From Catajapyx aquilonaris (lineage: Eukaryota), in contig JYFJ02001230.1 in NCBI GenBank assembly GCA_000934665.2, positions 1 to 64,000 of the forward strand: DNA of 64,000 bases, written 5' to 3'. A model generated the notes under the pieces. The model was not told the DNA's origin and did not search any database. It saw only the letters and a program-made list of their open reading frames with translations. A program made the position numbers and the translations under genes. The stretch's first letter is position 1, and each line of letters starts with the position of its first letter. Positions 27,801 through 40,971 of this stretch are shown here, one piece after another.

Positions 27801-30800
27801 CTAATTTTTTTTTTCTTTCCTATTCATGCTTAGGAAGATTTTTCTGACGAAGTCACGGAAGGACAGGGGAAAATAAAATTCAATGAAAAAGTTACATGCG
27901 TTTAAAGAGTGCTTGGAGCCTCTCAGGCTCCACCTACGTAGTTAAGGGTTAAAATGTTTAATAATGAAATCTATTTTTTGGACAGGGTAACATTGAAGGA
28001 ACTCAAGGCATTCTTTCCACGTGTGAACTGCAAAATTCACATGGCAAAGCTTCGAGAAATATTCCAAGAGGTTGACACAAGGCGTACTGGGGAGCTTGGA
28101 TTTGATGATTTTGCCACACTTTACTGCAATGTTCTCTATGATGATACTGTAAGTTAACGTATCCTGCTAACACCATAATGTTATAAAAATATTTTTATTT
28201 CCTAGCTCTTCAATGAGAATTTCAAGCCATTCTCAGCAAACCAAAAGACTGTCACACTGCAAGAATTCAAATCCTTCCTAGTTCAGGAGCAGCACGACTC
28301 TTTAGGAAATGACGAACGAGATGTGAGCCGCTTTCTACGCGAATACCTTCAAGACCCTGCACGTGATGTTCAGGAGCCTTATCTCACTACTGGAGAGGTT
28401 AGCAAAGCGTAGAAGTAAAAGTAATTCTGTTCTAGAACTGCCCTTCCAAGCGTGATTTTTAAACCTTATTCTGTACATTCACATAAGTACAGCCATGCAT
28501 TATGCTTTCTAATATAATAGTTTTGGTGTGGTAGAAGTATTTGGGACTAATCCATGCATTATGGTTACAATATCAGCTGCATTTTCAAAACAAGTAAACA
28601 TGGGCATAATAATTGTACAAAATGGCATCAGTTTTGCCATGCACAATAATGTTGCAATGCATGAAAAGTAGGGCAGAAATGTATCTAAGTGCCTATACTG
28701 TTCAGATTTGTCGGTGTTTGTAGGTGTTCAGGTTTACCATTATGTTAAGCTTTTGTTAAGCTGCAGTTTAGTTATTTCTCCTCTTCTTCCAATACAGTTC
28801 CTGGGATTCCTATTCTCAAAGCAGAATGAAATTTGGGATCATAGCAATGACCAAGTGACTCAGGACATGAATCATCCTCTGTCCCACTATTGGATTTCTT
28901 CCTCCCACAACACCTACCTGACAGGAGACCAGTTCTCCAGCATGTCTTCCACAGAGGCTTATGCCCGTTGCTTACGTATGGGCTGTCGAAGCGTTGAGCT
29001 GGACTGCTGGGATGGACCGGATGGGATGCCTTTCATCTACCACGGACACACCCTCACCAGCAAGATAAAATTCATGGATGTTGTAAAGACCATCAGGGAG
29101 CATGCCTTCATCACTTCAGAATATCCGCTGGTGCTCTCCATTGAGGACCATTGCTCCCTCCCACAACAGAGGAAGATGGCTCAGGCCTTCCAGGATGTCT
29201 TTGGGGACCTGCTGTTGTCCCAGTCGTTGGACAGGAATGAAAGGCAGCTTCCTTCTCCACATCAGCTCAGGAGAAAAATTTTACTGAAGCACAAAAAGCT
29301 GCCCGAGGGAGTAGATGAGGCATCTCCCCTCCTGAGGAGTGAAGATTGTGAGTGGAAATTTCATTTGAACATATCAAGACACATTCAGTTTGAGACACTA
29401 ACGTGTAAGAAGAGTATTCACAAAGGTTTTTTAAATCAGACCATGAAGTCTACTGAATGCTATACAATACACAGGTGCAATATTTTTGACATTGCATCAG
29501 GGAAAGTTTTACAGTTGGAATACCTGCCTGTTTATTTTCATGCACATAGGTTATTGCTTCATAGTCAGGGAAGAAGCTTTTTGGATGCCCCACATACTGG
29601 TGGATGTATTATGACCTATTCTCATATCTGTATGGAGACAACTTTTTGTCCATTCCCTCACCTATTTGTGTCTGGGAACCATTTATATTGCAAGTGCTTC
29701 AGTGACTACTGCCAAATTCCCATTAGAAAATAGGCATGGTAACATGCAAAAAGTTGCCTACATAAACAGCCCATGAGGAATGTACGTTATTTTTTGGGAA
29801 CTTTTCCCAAAGCATGGAAAGTGTGTTAGTTCTGTAATTAGGAAAGGAATATCTAGTATGGTAATTTAAATCTTGGACCCATTTTCAAAGAGATGCATAA
29901 TTTCATATGTAAATTACCATGAAAGAACAGTTTGTGCTGCATATCTCCTTACTGAAAGAGACTTTTTTTTTGACCTGCCAGTGAACGAGATGGACTTGAG
30001 CAACTCTGTAAAGAATGGGATAATGTACCTGGAGCACCCTGTGGACCATGAGTGGAACCCTCATTATTTCGTCCTGACTCAGGACAAGCTGTTCTACACA
30101 GAGGTGCACAATGAAGAGGAAGGAGAAGCAGAAGAGGAGGGGGAGGAAGGGGAGGGAGCAGCTGGAGGTGGAGGAGGTGGGACCTTCCAGAGGGGGAGGG
30201 AAGGTGTTGCAAATGACGAACTCCACTTCAGTGAGAAATGGTTCCATGGAAAGCTGCAGGGTGGAAGAGAGAAAGCCAAGGAACTGCTCCAGCAGTACAG
30301 CTACCTGGGTGATGGAACTTTTTTAGTGCGAGAGAGCGTGACCTTTGTTGGGGACTACTCCCTCTCCTTCTGGAGACAAGGAAAGGCTAACCACTGCCGG
30401 ATCAGGTGGAAGCCAGAGTGGGGGCAGGTCAAGTATTACCTTACCGAGTCATTCACCTTTGACAGCCTCTACAGTCTCATCATGCACTACAGGACACATC
30501 CTCTAAGGAGTCAAGTGAGTGTAAAAATACTTATCAATTGTAACATTTTCTGGAAACCACAATCATTTTCGTTCTAAAATCAACTGACACAATTAATATT
30601 TTGGAGTGCTACTTTCTCCTGAAATGTATTCTTAGATGAAGCATGTTATCACTTTCAGTAATGACGGCATTAAGCTCACAAACAGGGTGTCTCCTTGATT
30701 TTAGGAATTCTTCATCACTCTTACTGAACCAGTACCCCAACCCCAACGCCATGAGAACAAAGAGTGGTACCATCGTGAGATAAGTCGGACCGAAGCGGAA

Positions 30801-33799
30801 GACATGCTCAAGCGTGTCCCCTTTGATGGTGCTTTTCTAGTCCGTCCCAGTGAAAAGGGACACAGCGCATATGCCATCTCATTCAGGTAGTGTTTAGGCG
30901 CACTTCATATTCCTTCAATGGAGCCTAGTGTATATTATTATTATTATTTTAATAATGTCTCACATATTCCCACTCGTACTTAAAAATCAACAAATAATTT
31001 TAATCATTTGCAAATGTATGCATACTGTTCATCAATTCAAAGGATTTCCCTTCTGCCGATTCCCTTAACAGTGTGAATCAGTTGTAATGTACAGAAAACG
31101 AGAGAATGTTCTGACGTCATCGTTTCTTCCATTGTTGCTTTTTGTTGACACTGTTTACTCATATTGTTCCGTGGAAACCTTGATGACGTCAGATCGTTCT
31201 CTCATTTTCCGTACATTAGATTTCCTCATTTTAGGCCATAAATCATTTAAAAATTCCAAATTACAGAGCTGAGAAGAAAATCAAACACTGTCGGGTGAAG
31301 CTAGATGGGCGCCTGTACGTGCTTGGAACAGCCCAATTTGAGAGCCTGGTGGAATTGGTAGCTTTCTACGAGAAACATCCACTCTACAGGCGCATACGCC
31401 TCAAGTACCCAGTGAATGATGAGGTTATTAGGCGAATGGGAGACCTTCCATATGTTGGAGCTACTCCAGAAACCTGCTACCTTGACCTTAGCTCTAGGGT
31501 AAGTTCAGTTTTATGCTACAAGATAATTATCTTGTGTTGTGCTTCTTGTGTTGCTTTGATGTCAAAAGTTGATTGATATTGATGTTTAATAGCAGAGTGC
31601 AACAGTCACATGCTGAACATGATTTGTTATTATTTTCACAAGCCAAACTGGGGATGTGCTGCCCTACAATGAATATTTTCTAAACAGGTGACCGTGAAGG
31701 CTAAATTTGACTACCAGGCACAACAGGATGACGAGCTGTCTTTTTGCAAGCATGCCATCATTACCAATGTCACAAAGCAGTCTGGTGGGTGGTGGAGGGG
31801 TGACTATGGTGGGAAGAAGAATCACTGGTTCCCTGAAAATTATGTTGAGGAGGTAGAAGTTAGGGAAAATGGCGAGGATGTAAGTTTTGAGTACAGAGAA
31901 GAGAGGAGGGGCAGGCTGAACTGCAATGCTGCCTAATTAGGCTCAAGAAGCCTACGACATCCACTGAAAGGCTCAGAACTTTTTAAAAAGTAGCCTCACC
32001 AGAACAAATTGAAGCCAGCAGCATTGCCGTATGGCCTGGGCATTCTTCTTTGTTTCAGTACATTTCTCACAAGCTTATGCAGTAGTTTGGAACCATTTTA
32101 CAAGAAGGGAAATATGCATGCTATGCAATAACAAATTATGCTAGTGACTGGCATGTCCATGTAGGGAAATTAACGTTGGTGGAGGCTTAGCGCTTCTTGC
32201 ATGGAATATATGACAAGTAAAACTTGAGTTCTTACCCTGCAATTGCATGTTATGCATTGCAGTCTGGTGACTCCTGGCCACTGGGCACACTCCAGAAGGG
32301 GAGTCTGGACATAGTGGGAGCTGTTGTGGAGATGTTCCAGGCTGACCGGCCTTCTCTAGAGTGGACCCTCCAGATCCAATCTCCAACTCAGTGCAACCTC
32401 TTTGTAGTAGCCCTTCGTGCTCGTGAAGATGCTGTGGACTGGCAGGCCAAGATTCGGGAAACAGCGCAGATGGCCTCAGACCGTGAAAACCAACACAAGG
32501 AGATAGAGCGAGAGAAGCGCATTGCCAAGGAGTTGTCCAACCTCATTGTTTACTGTCGCTCAGTAATGTTCAGTATGGACCATGTCTTACAAAATGGTCC
32601 ACTCTTCTATGAGATGAGTTCCTTCTCAGAAACGAAGGCAGAGAAGCTCATCTGCCAGCAGGAGCCCCAATTCTTCCTGCACTACCACGAAGTCCAATTC
32701 AGCCGTGTGTACCCAAAAGGGCAGCGAATTGATTCCTCCAACTACAACCCCATTCCTCCGTGGAATGTGGGTTGCCAGATGATTGCCCTCAACTACCAAA
32801 CTCCAGATCGCCCCATGCAGATCAACCAAGGCAGGTTCCTGGCCAACGGAGGGTGTGGATATGTCCTGAGGCCTCAGTGCATGTTTAAGCCAGGGTATGA
32901 CCCCTATGACCGAACAACATTGGTTGGGGTCGACCCACTGGTGCTTTCAGTGAGAATCATGGGAGGAAGACACCTGGCCCGTACAGGGAGGTCCATGGGA
33001 ATGCTCTCTCCCTTTGTAGAGGTAGAAGTACTTGGAGCAGAGTATGACAATGGGCAGAAGAATGTCACTCCTGTCATATGTGAGTATCTACAGTTCTCAT
33101 GACCAGACCTATGATCTGAGGGGGGAATCATCTAGAATCTAGATCACAGCATGATGCAAGAACTTAAGATTGTTTGTTTGCTAATCAAAATCACGCGTGA
33201 AAAATATGTTATGTGCAATAAATTACTTTTTCCACCTCAGCTGACAATGGCCTGAGTCCAGTGTGGAACGAGACGTGGGACTTCACAGTCTACAACCCAG
33301 AGTTTGCCCTCCTGCGTTTTGTGGTGTTTGATGAGGATGTGTTTGGAGAGTCCCAATTTGTGGGTCAGGCCACATACCCTGTCCCATGCCTGAGGCCAGG
33401 TTACCGCTCTGTGCCTCTTCGCAATGGATTCAGCGAAGAGCTGGAGCTGGCCTCTCTGCTGGTGCACCTAGTGCTGCGCAACCCAAGAGAGGAGGATGAG
33501 GAGATCCGAGCTCTGCGGGACAGGCTGCCTGTCTTGCAGGCCCGGGCAGCACAGAGCCAGGCCCAAGGCAACCAAGCGCATGCACAGGCAGCCAGGCAGC
33601 AGTTCCAGGAGGCAGAGGCACAACTCAGGGGGCTCATGGAGGACAGAGTGTGAGTTGATTTACTTTACTTCTGAACCTACCCAATCAACTTAAAATGGCC
33701 TTGTTTTGTAGGCAAAGGCAACAAAAGCAACCACAACGATGCCCATCAGTGTCGGGGACTTCCAAGAGCACTCCCAGGCCAACATCGCAAAAGAAGTGA
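24839..33799 (+). CDS. PLCG1: Phospholipase C-gamma (small wing); about 13 exons; PH, EF-hand, X, split PH, SH2-SH2-SH3, Y and C2 domains
   Basis: [16 protein letters not shown] and [12 protein letters not shown] (X box), WFHGKL...FLVRES (nSH2), [15 protein letters not shown]...WWRGDYG (SH3), [15 protein letters not shown] (Y box), [10 protein letters not shown] (C2). Junctions are GT-AG. Confidence 0.97.
25324..25652. mobile_element. Palindromic fold-back MITE in PLC-gamma intron 1
   Basis: Arms ATTGGATATGTTGTAGCCCAGAC.GTCCTG.TCAATGTTAGATAG... are inverted around a perfect central hairpin TAATATGGGGAGTAG-TTA-CTACTCCCCATATTA (25486-25518). Confidence 0.85.
27478..27948. mobile_element. piggyBac-like MITE
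   Basis: TTAA TSDs at 27474-27477 and 27949-27952. TIR CCCTTAACTACGTAGGTGG / CCACCTACGTAGTTAAGGG. The inner TIR extends through GGAGCCTGAGAGGCTCCAA. Confidence 0.88.
31085..31218. mobile_element. Small MITE (~134 bp)
   Basis: ~36 bp TIR TAATGTACAGAAAACGAGAGAATGTTCTGACGTCATC / GATGACGTCAGATCGTTCTCTCATTTTCCGTACATTA. Confidence 0.7.
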
Positions 33800-35703
33800 A
33801 AGGAGCAAAATAACTTAAATCTGTCATAGCTGTCTCACACTTCGAGGTTTCATTTGTCAGGTGGGAAATTGTCATGATGGCATACATGAAGTGAAACCAT
33901 TTTGAATGGAACCAAATGCTACCCTTGATATAATTGGGATGATATTGCTGCACTCATAAATACAGTGTACTCCCTCTATCAATGAATTGCAAGGATTCAA
34001 ATTTTAGTTAGCGCTAAGAAATTTTACCACATTTTTGAAAGTGTACTTTTTACCTACCGGTACTTATCTATTCTCTGCACATAGCAAAATTTTATTTGGA
34101 AATTCTAACCCACTTCCAGACCACCTAGAAAACTGAAAATTGCAGTGCTGACGACTCATTAGCTCAATCCCCAGGGAAATATCCCAGAACTGCAATTTTT
34201 TTGCATTAGGACTCCCTTTTTCAGATTTTGGTAGATAACACTCTCTAACCTCCAGTGCCATCTGTTACGTATGGGAACTGCTAATAGACTTCTGTGCTGG
34301 AATGTGATTAAGGCAGAAAAATAAGTAGTCACCCACAGAGAATCCACACTTGGAATGTACTTGGGCAGCTTGTGTCACATGCGAGTGAAAAGATAGTGTA
34401 AGACTGAATAATTCCCCATTGACAGCAACCCTAATGCAGCAAATATGGCTGTCCCCACTTGGCATTGTCTCCTCCTCCCACCTCAGACTCCTAAACCCGA
34501 TATGAATTGATTTGTTGATTGGTTACGCAACTATGGCTATCTGAAGATAGAAAGGTGGGACAGATGGAAGCAGAAACGAATAGAAAAAAGGAGAGAGGAA
34601 AGACTGGCATCTGCCTTAGACTGTCACCTACCCAAAGCCTGTCCCACTTGGGAGACCCTGCTATTAGACAAAGACTTGATCACCAGATATGGAAATCCCA
34701 TCCAAAAGTTTCTATTACATCCCAAGTAAATGCCTGTTGACATGTGTAGAAAAAAAGTCAGGGACCAATTCTGTTGCACGGCAGTGTTCCCCTACCCTCC
34801 ATCATCGAAGTAATTTTAACACTATTTATGTGGTATTTCTGGCAGTGATTAATCCTGTCTCCAAGAGGCCTCTTATGTTGGCTAAAGATGGAGTACACTG
34901 TATTGAGTTGAGTAGCATCAATGGTGCCCTTCATGTCACAAACATGCAGACCTGCTACATAGCCTAGACCCAAGAGTCTGCTTACCTAAGGTTTGGAGTT
35001 TGGGGACCACGTCAGATATGATGACTACAACTGCAGGAAACTTCCATCTGTGACCAGCTGCTCTCTTGATGTCCTCGATAGGCCTGTATGCACCAATTGA
35101 GCTGCTGGCAACCAGTTCTGGTGGGGAGACAGCCGGTTTTGGCACATGCAAATGGGGGAAGAATAGAAGAAATCTGTGAATTTGGAAATTTTCTCCACCC
35201 AAACAAAAAGCATTCAGGGGCAGCCAATGGTTGGATATTATTTTCACTGACGACTTCCTTCCATTCTTTCCCTGCAGGTCTTAAAACAGCTAATTAAATG
35301 TTCTTGCAAGCAGCCAGAAGTGGCGCATGCAGACATCAGTCTCCAAGCCAAGCTCAGTATGAGGCAGCTACCTTCTTGCAACTAAAAACGCACACTCCCC
35401 TCCACCTTGTCAGAAAGGAATGAACAAAGCTAGCGGTAATTGTTCCACCAGAATGACCTTGTGGGACTTCATATCACTGTAATATTTAGCATGTTATGAT
35501 TCTAATGTAAGATAATATCTCCTCTCCCTATTATCATTTCCATAAAGAGTATTAGACACAACTTCCTTCACTGTGCCTTGGCACTATATTTTATCCGAAA
35601 AATGTAACTGATGACAATATATTTATAATGACAATCTACCAATCACACTGAAGTTTTCTTACTACGAACAGTCCTTCCACTCGCCATAACCAGACCAGTT
35701 GCT

Positions 35704-36369
35704 TCACTTCTGGGCACTGTCCTTATCATAGCCCATCAGTCGGTTGAAATCTGCAGGGCTCTTAAAGTACTGCTCCATCAGGACCATCTTTGCCCCCTCT
35801 GCTGTGCTATACGTTGACATTTGCCATGGTATCACACCCCAACCCTTTTCTTTTCGCACCTCCCCAGCTCTTGTCATCACATGCCGCTTCATGGCTGGAA
35901 CTAGGCTGTAGAAAACAGCCCGATACTCGTTGCCATGACGGTACATCCTAATGGGGTACCGCATCATCAAGCGCGTCACTGCAATGCAAAGTCCTGCATA
36001 TGCTGACAGCAAGATGGCAGTCTCTGTTGGGGTTCCAGCCATGTAATCCACTTTTTCCTCCTTTGTTACTGTTGGTGCCTCATTGTTGCTCGGCGGAAAG
36101 GGGAAGTACTCGGGGTAAAACTTCTCAGCAGCAAGAATCCCCATGAGCACCAGTGATACGTATGTCAAGCCTTGACTGAAGGCAAAATATAATCCCATGG
36201 GTGCTTGGTATACCATCTGGTAGTCAGGGGGGAGTCGGTCTTTCAGTCTGATAGCATTCAACCTGGCATTGTTCCGAAACAGTGCGTTAGTAGCCGCCTC
36301 CGAAGACTTGCGGAAGAACTGTCCCAACAGCGGGCGAGGGCGGCACAAGCAACGCAACAGGAGCGACAT
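35704..36369 (-). CDS. Mitochondrial inner-membrane protein of the TMEM70/TMEM186/TMEM223 family (TMEM70-like), intronless, 221 aa
   Basis: Arg/Leu-rich N-terminal presequence and two hydrophobic segments. Motifs MVYQAPM, RYPIRMY..NEYRAVFY and F..PADFNRLMGYDK resemble TMEM70 (LIYTGNM, GYVIRLY..TYKAITY, FPNREDYIHLMGYDK). Confidence 0.75.
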   Translation of the reverse strand: MSLLLRCLCRPRPLLGQFFRKSSEAATNALFRNNARLNAIRLKDRLPPDYQMVYQAPMGLYFAFSQGLTYVSLVLMGILAAEKFYPEYFPFPPSNNEAPTVTKEEKVDYMAGTPTETAILLSAYAGLCIAVTRLMMRYPIRMYRHGNEYRAVFYSLVPAMKRHVMTRAGEVRKEKGWGVIPWQMSTYSTAEGAKMVLMEQYFKSPADFNRLMGYDKDSAQK

Positions 36370-36374
36370 CCTTC

Positions 36375-36557
36375 CTACTTGAGGTCGTCGTCGTCGTAGA
36401 AGTCGGTATCAAATTCATTGAAGAAGTCAGAATGGACAGCCTTCTCATTGGCGGCCAGATCCATAAGCAGACCTGTGGAGGACCCAGTCTCATCCATATC
36501 CATGTAGGTCCCTGCACCCTCTGGGAACATCTCATCCACCACCAAGCTTGGCTTCAT
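36375..36557 (-). CDS. COPS9: COP9 signalosome subunit 9 (CSNAP/MYEOV2), 60 aa, single coding exon
   Basis: [60 protein letters not shown] closely matches the COPS9 consensus. Confidence 0.95.
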   Translation of the reverse strand: MKPSLVVDEMFPEGAGTYMDMDETGSSTGLLMDLAANEKAVHSDFFNEFDTDFYDDDDLK

Positions 36558-39500
36558 GGTTGCACCTGCAGTTGGATGGTCTCCCGTGTTGTCTCTCTCC
36601 ACTGAAGGATTGTCCTACAGGAAGGTTCAAGTTATTTTTAAGAGGCGGCCATCATGAATGTGCAATGATTCATCTTCAGCGTGACTGTGAACTGCTGAGT
36701 GATGAACCAAGTGTTCGTCAACCTCTTTTACCTCCAGCGAACCAGTCAGCCTCGCTCTTCGTTCCAGCAGGGTTCCAGGCAATTCTGCAAAAATGTGCTC
36801 AACCCGACCACACCAGACTGGTCGCCATAGGGATCAGAACAGCCGCTGCTCCCCTGCAGCGCTGGCATCACTTGATTCAACTGCGACTTTTTTTCTGCTC
36901 CTAGTAGTTCGCCACGCCACCACTTCCCTCGCTCCAGTCAAAAGTGGCCTCTGGAATATTACTGTTGCATTAACATCTACTGTTCTAACCGCGGTTCTAA
37001 CACATGCTGCCAATAATTAGCTATGAATTAATTGGCAACAATAGCAAGGAAAAATTCTCCGATCATGCTCTACCTTCAATGCTGCAACTGTGAATATTTT
37101 AATATCGTAATTAAGAATGAACTTGAAAATTATGCAAATTTATTGGCTTGCTATTAATTGCAGGCACAAATTACACAATTCAAGAGCGTAGAATCTGTAA
37201 CTTCAAAGGTGCATTGCGTTTCTCGAGTAGCTACGTACACAAATAAAGCCACGCTCTCTCGCTATTGCTTTCCGCATCATAAGATATAGCCGTGATTAAT
37301 TTCAGAGACATTTTGCCAGGTAAGACCAAGCCTCTTTATGCTTCTGATGAGGACGATATATCACCTAACCGCCTACATATATATATATAGCAGGGTCTCC
37401 TGGTGTTTGCACAAAAGCAGACGTTACATGCCTGTAGCGTGTCAAGTAGACTAGAGCAAGCACAGTTGAGCGAAACTTTACACTCCGCTGCAGATCATGA
37501 ACGTAATCCCCTTCAAAAAAAAAAAACTCGCTTGTAAAAGTTCATAAAGCAGGTCCCGGCAAAGTTCAAGTTAGCGTGAATCAAAACGGAGCCTAAGCAT
37601 AATTATAAGTTTAATATGATGCCCACATTCTGTAACTTCATGATGACTTTTTGCCCTTTAGCCTTGTGTAATATCTCCACAAATTTATTTGGAATATTTG
37701 GTGATAGACTAGGGTTACGCTTAAATTGTGGTTGTGTTTTATTTCATTTATTGTCATCTATTTATGTGTAATATTTTATGACGCTTCAATTGCACCTCTT
37801 GATAGGGAAAATAATGTCTTGATGGTTTGTTTGCTTTCTTGCTACATTTTACATGCGTACGCAATTAACAACAAAGTCTTAAAATGTCCAGTGTCCACCC
37901 CTATAGTTAATCGTCTCATCGCTTCCGAAGCACGTTCCCCGTAATCTTGACGCCGCCGCAGGAACTGACTTTCCATGACTTTGACTCCTGGTTGGCAGAT
38001 GCATTGACCTCACTATTTGATTGTATAGCATCGTGTCTCACAGTCAGACGCATATTCAATAACGGCTGTCTAGAAATTGAAACTATATTCCATACAATAT
38101 TGAGGAAATAACAATGGCATTCGATACCCTTTCCATTCATATTATGATGAACCTGAATTTTTGGAGGGAAAAGGAGAAGCCTTTGTAAAGCACCCTACGT
38201 AAATATCTGCGATATTTATACGACACCTTCCCACACAAGCACCAGGTGATTTTATGCGCCTGGGTGTTACGCTGAGTGTTGCATATTTGGCAGGATGATG
38301 ATTTTTTCTTTTTTTCAGAAATTAGATTTTTTGGCATATTCTCACTATAGAAAACTTGTGGCAACAATTTGGATTTTGATCGCTGGTTTTGTAATGGCCT
38401 ACTAAATAATGATCAGTATGGAGAAAGTTGTAGCCGGGCACTTTCGTTCCAAAATTAACCATGCAATCAACAGCAAACGCTGGCGAGGAATGGAGGAGAA
38501 AATTAAATAATAAAATTTAATAACTCCGACCTCGCACGTGTAATGGCATATTTTTTTCAGGCGATACAATGATACACGGCAAATATGATGAAGCCTGCAG
38601 ACTTCGTCTGACTGAAGTAGTTGGTATCAAGTTGTGGCAGTGTTACATTTTTTTTTACATCAGCCGGAAACTTACCGGGATGTAGAAAATATGAGTTTTG
38701 ACTTGTAATTTCTTACTTATTAGGCCATATTCCATCGAGGTTTATTATAATTATGACAGTCGCAATGACAAGGACATGTCTAACAACGTACAATTTACAT
38801 CACATTATTAACTTAGATGCAGTAATGTGACAGCGAAGTTGCGATTATGGAAATGAGTTTGGGACACCAGGAACAATAATTAGCTTATACCTATATATAG
38901 GGTAAGTCATACGCCTGAATAGGATTTTTCATTGTGTTTTTATGAAATTACTGCGAAAAAGATCAGAGAGTGTAGGTGGCAACTAGCCATAATCTGATTC
39001 GATACTCGCATTACAACTGATCCAAAAAAAAAAACAGTCGCTTCTAAAACATTGTAGTCTTTCCACGCCTACCTTCTTGTATATTTTAGGCTTTAAGTAC
39101 AGTGTTAGGACCTTCCTTCATATTTTATTCCCTTGTCAAGACAAGCAAGTGACATTGATAGTATTTTACAGAGAGGCAGCTTTCTCCTGTCTTCTCTCTT
39201 TTAAAATACTAAGCAGAAGCCAACGCACTCCTGCATGTAAAGTGATGATACTATAAGAATGAATATTTCAATCTAGGAATCTCAGGACAACATGCAATAA
39301 CATCGCATTCACATCAATGGAATCTTCTACTCGAATAAAGATGCAATATGTAGAATAATACTGTATGGTATAATTCGAGTGGAATTAAATTCGCGGTTAA
39401 GTTATTCCATGACTTATTATCTCCCTCCACATAATGTCTGAACCACGCCCACTCTCATCCGATAGCCGAGGCTAACACATTGTAAGCCCTTTTCTCGTCC

Positions 39501-40729
39501 TTCTTCTCGTTGCCATGTGTTCCAAGTACCTTATATTGCTATCCGATCTGGTGTCTTTCTCGTGAAGTCTCGGCAGTGTACATAAACGGATCTTTTAAAT
39601 CCACACACCGTGAAAGTACATCCTTGTCAAGCAAGCCTAATAACCAGCCCAAACTCATGCACCATGAAATTAATACGATTAGATAAAAAAAACGAAGCTG
39701 ATATGCGCTCGATTCCATATGTTAACCCAACCCAATCTGCAACGATGTACCCCTTCCATATCGATTCGAAAAACATCTGCAGCATTGTAAAGATTTTTTT
39801 TCCCCCGGGAAGACATAGACACAACCCGCGCACGTATGTTGTTCAAGAAAACAGCCATTTTTTCCCCTGTATTAATTATACTTTCCTTCCTCATCGCTTC
39901 CCACCAGAGTAAATTTCACCACAGGGGAACCCGTTGCAAAGTTCTTCTTAAATCATATTAATATGGACGTTATACTTCCAAAGCAGGGGTTGAATCAATC
40001 TATCTTTGGACAAGAGGTTCATTAGAGGCCTAGCAGGAGGTCTCTTTAAAAGAAATGGCTCTAGCGTCACGCATTGATCTGCAAAGTTTATTTGGGCAAC
40101 AGGTGGCGAGAGAGAGGACTAGAGGACTTGGTTACCACCCCGCTTTAAAATCCGCTTTGAAAATGACCGCATGTCTGCCTCTCAGAAAATGTCAACAGAT
40201 TCACAAAGCTGTGTCAAATACAGAGTGTCAACTGTATATAAAAGACGGTTTGAATTTATTTGCAGTACATTCGTTTGCATGTGACAATCTCTGTGTCTAT
40301 TAATGGCAACGTTATATCCGAAAAACTACAACCGCTAAAGGCCATTAACAGGTACCTGTACGGTAATGTTAACATGTATCATTACTTCACTCCACATTAT
40401 TTTACATGGCGTCCATTATGGACTGCGGCTTCTGTAAAACATGACTCTTTTTTCTCCCCGCTTTTAATCACTTCAATTAGGCTAATGCAGTGTGAAGTTG
40501 CATTGCATATCTGCTGATGTGCCGTCCAACTGGACCGTTCCGCAACTAGAGATAAGTCCTACAAATTACATGGGCCCCATTCCCAGAAGACAACACGCGC
40601 TGGGACAAATCCGACCTTGTGACAACATCGTGATTGACACGGGATCAAAACTATTGTAAATTGTTATTCCTAACAAGTCCATCCGAAATGTATGGCCCGA
40701 TGACTTTTGACCTCACCCCCTCACGAAAT

Positions 40730-40971
40730 CCCACGTCACCACAACACCCCCACTCCGGATCACCTGTTGCAAAAGGCCTTATCCGATCTGATGGGCCAAC
40801 CAGTAGTGAGTGAGCCCAACCACCTACGTGCGCAAGAGATGTCTCTCCTCCGGAGCACCCCCTGCTGATATAAGGCTAAGGGCATCCCAGCGGGCATCGC
40901 CACAACACCGCGGGCGAACACGGACACCACCAGCCTGACAACACCCTGAGGAGCATGTCTTCTGGGTAGGT
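40730..40971 (+). promoter_or_regulatory. Candidate promoter and first exon of the HanSolin gene
   Basis: CRE half-site CACGTCA (~40732), TATAAG (40869), GC-rich leader, and ATGTCTTCTGG|GTAGGT (40955-40965). The donor is phase-compatible with the acceptor at 51202. Confidence 0.45.

Noticed and set aside
34920..35300. Possible alternative terminal exon of PLC-gamma
   Set aside because: All frames close early and nothing resembles a known domain. Probably 3' UTR.
37343..37380. CTGATGAG hammerhead-like motif
   Set aside because: No downstream GAAA and no supporting stems.
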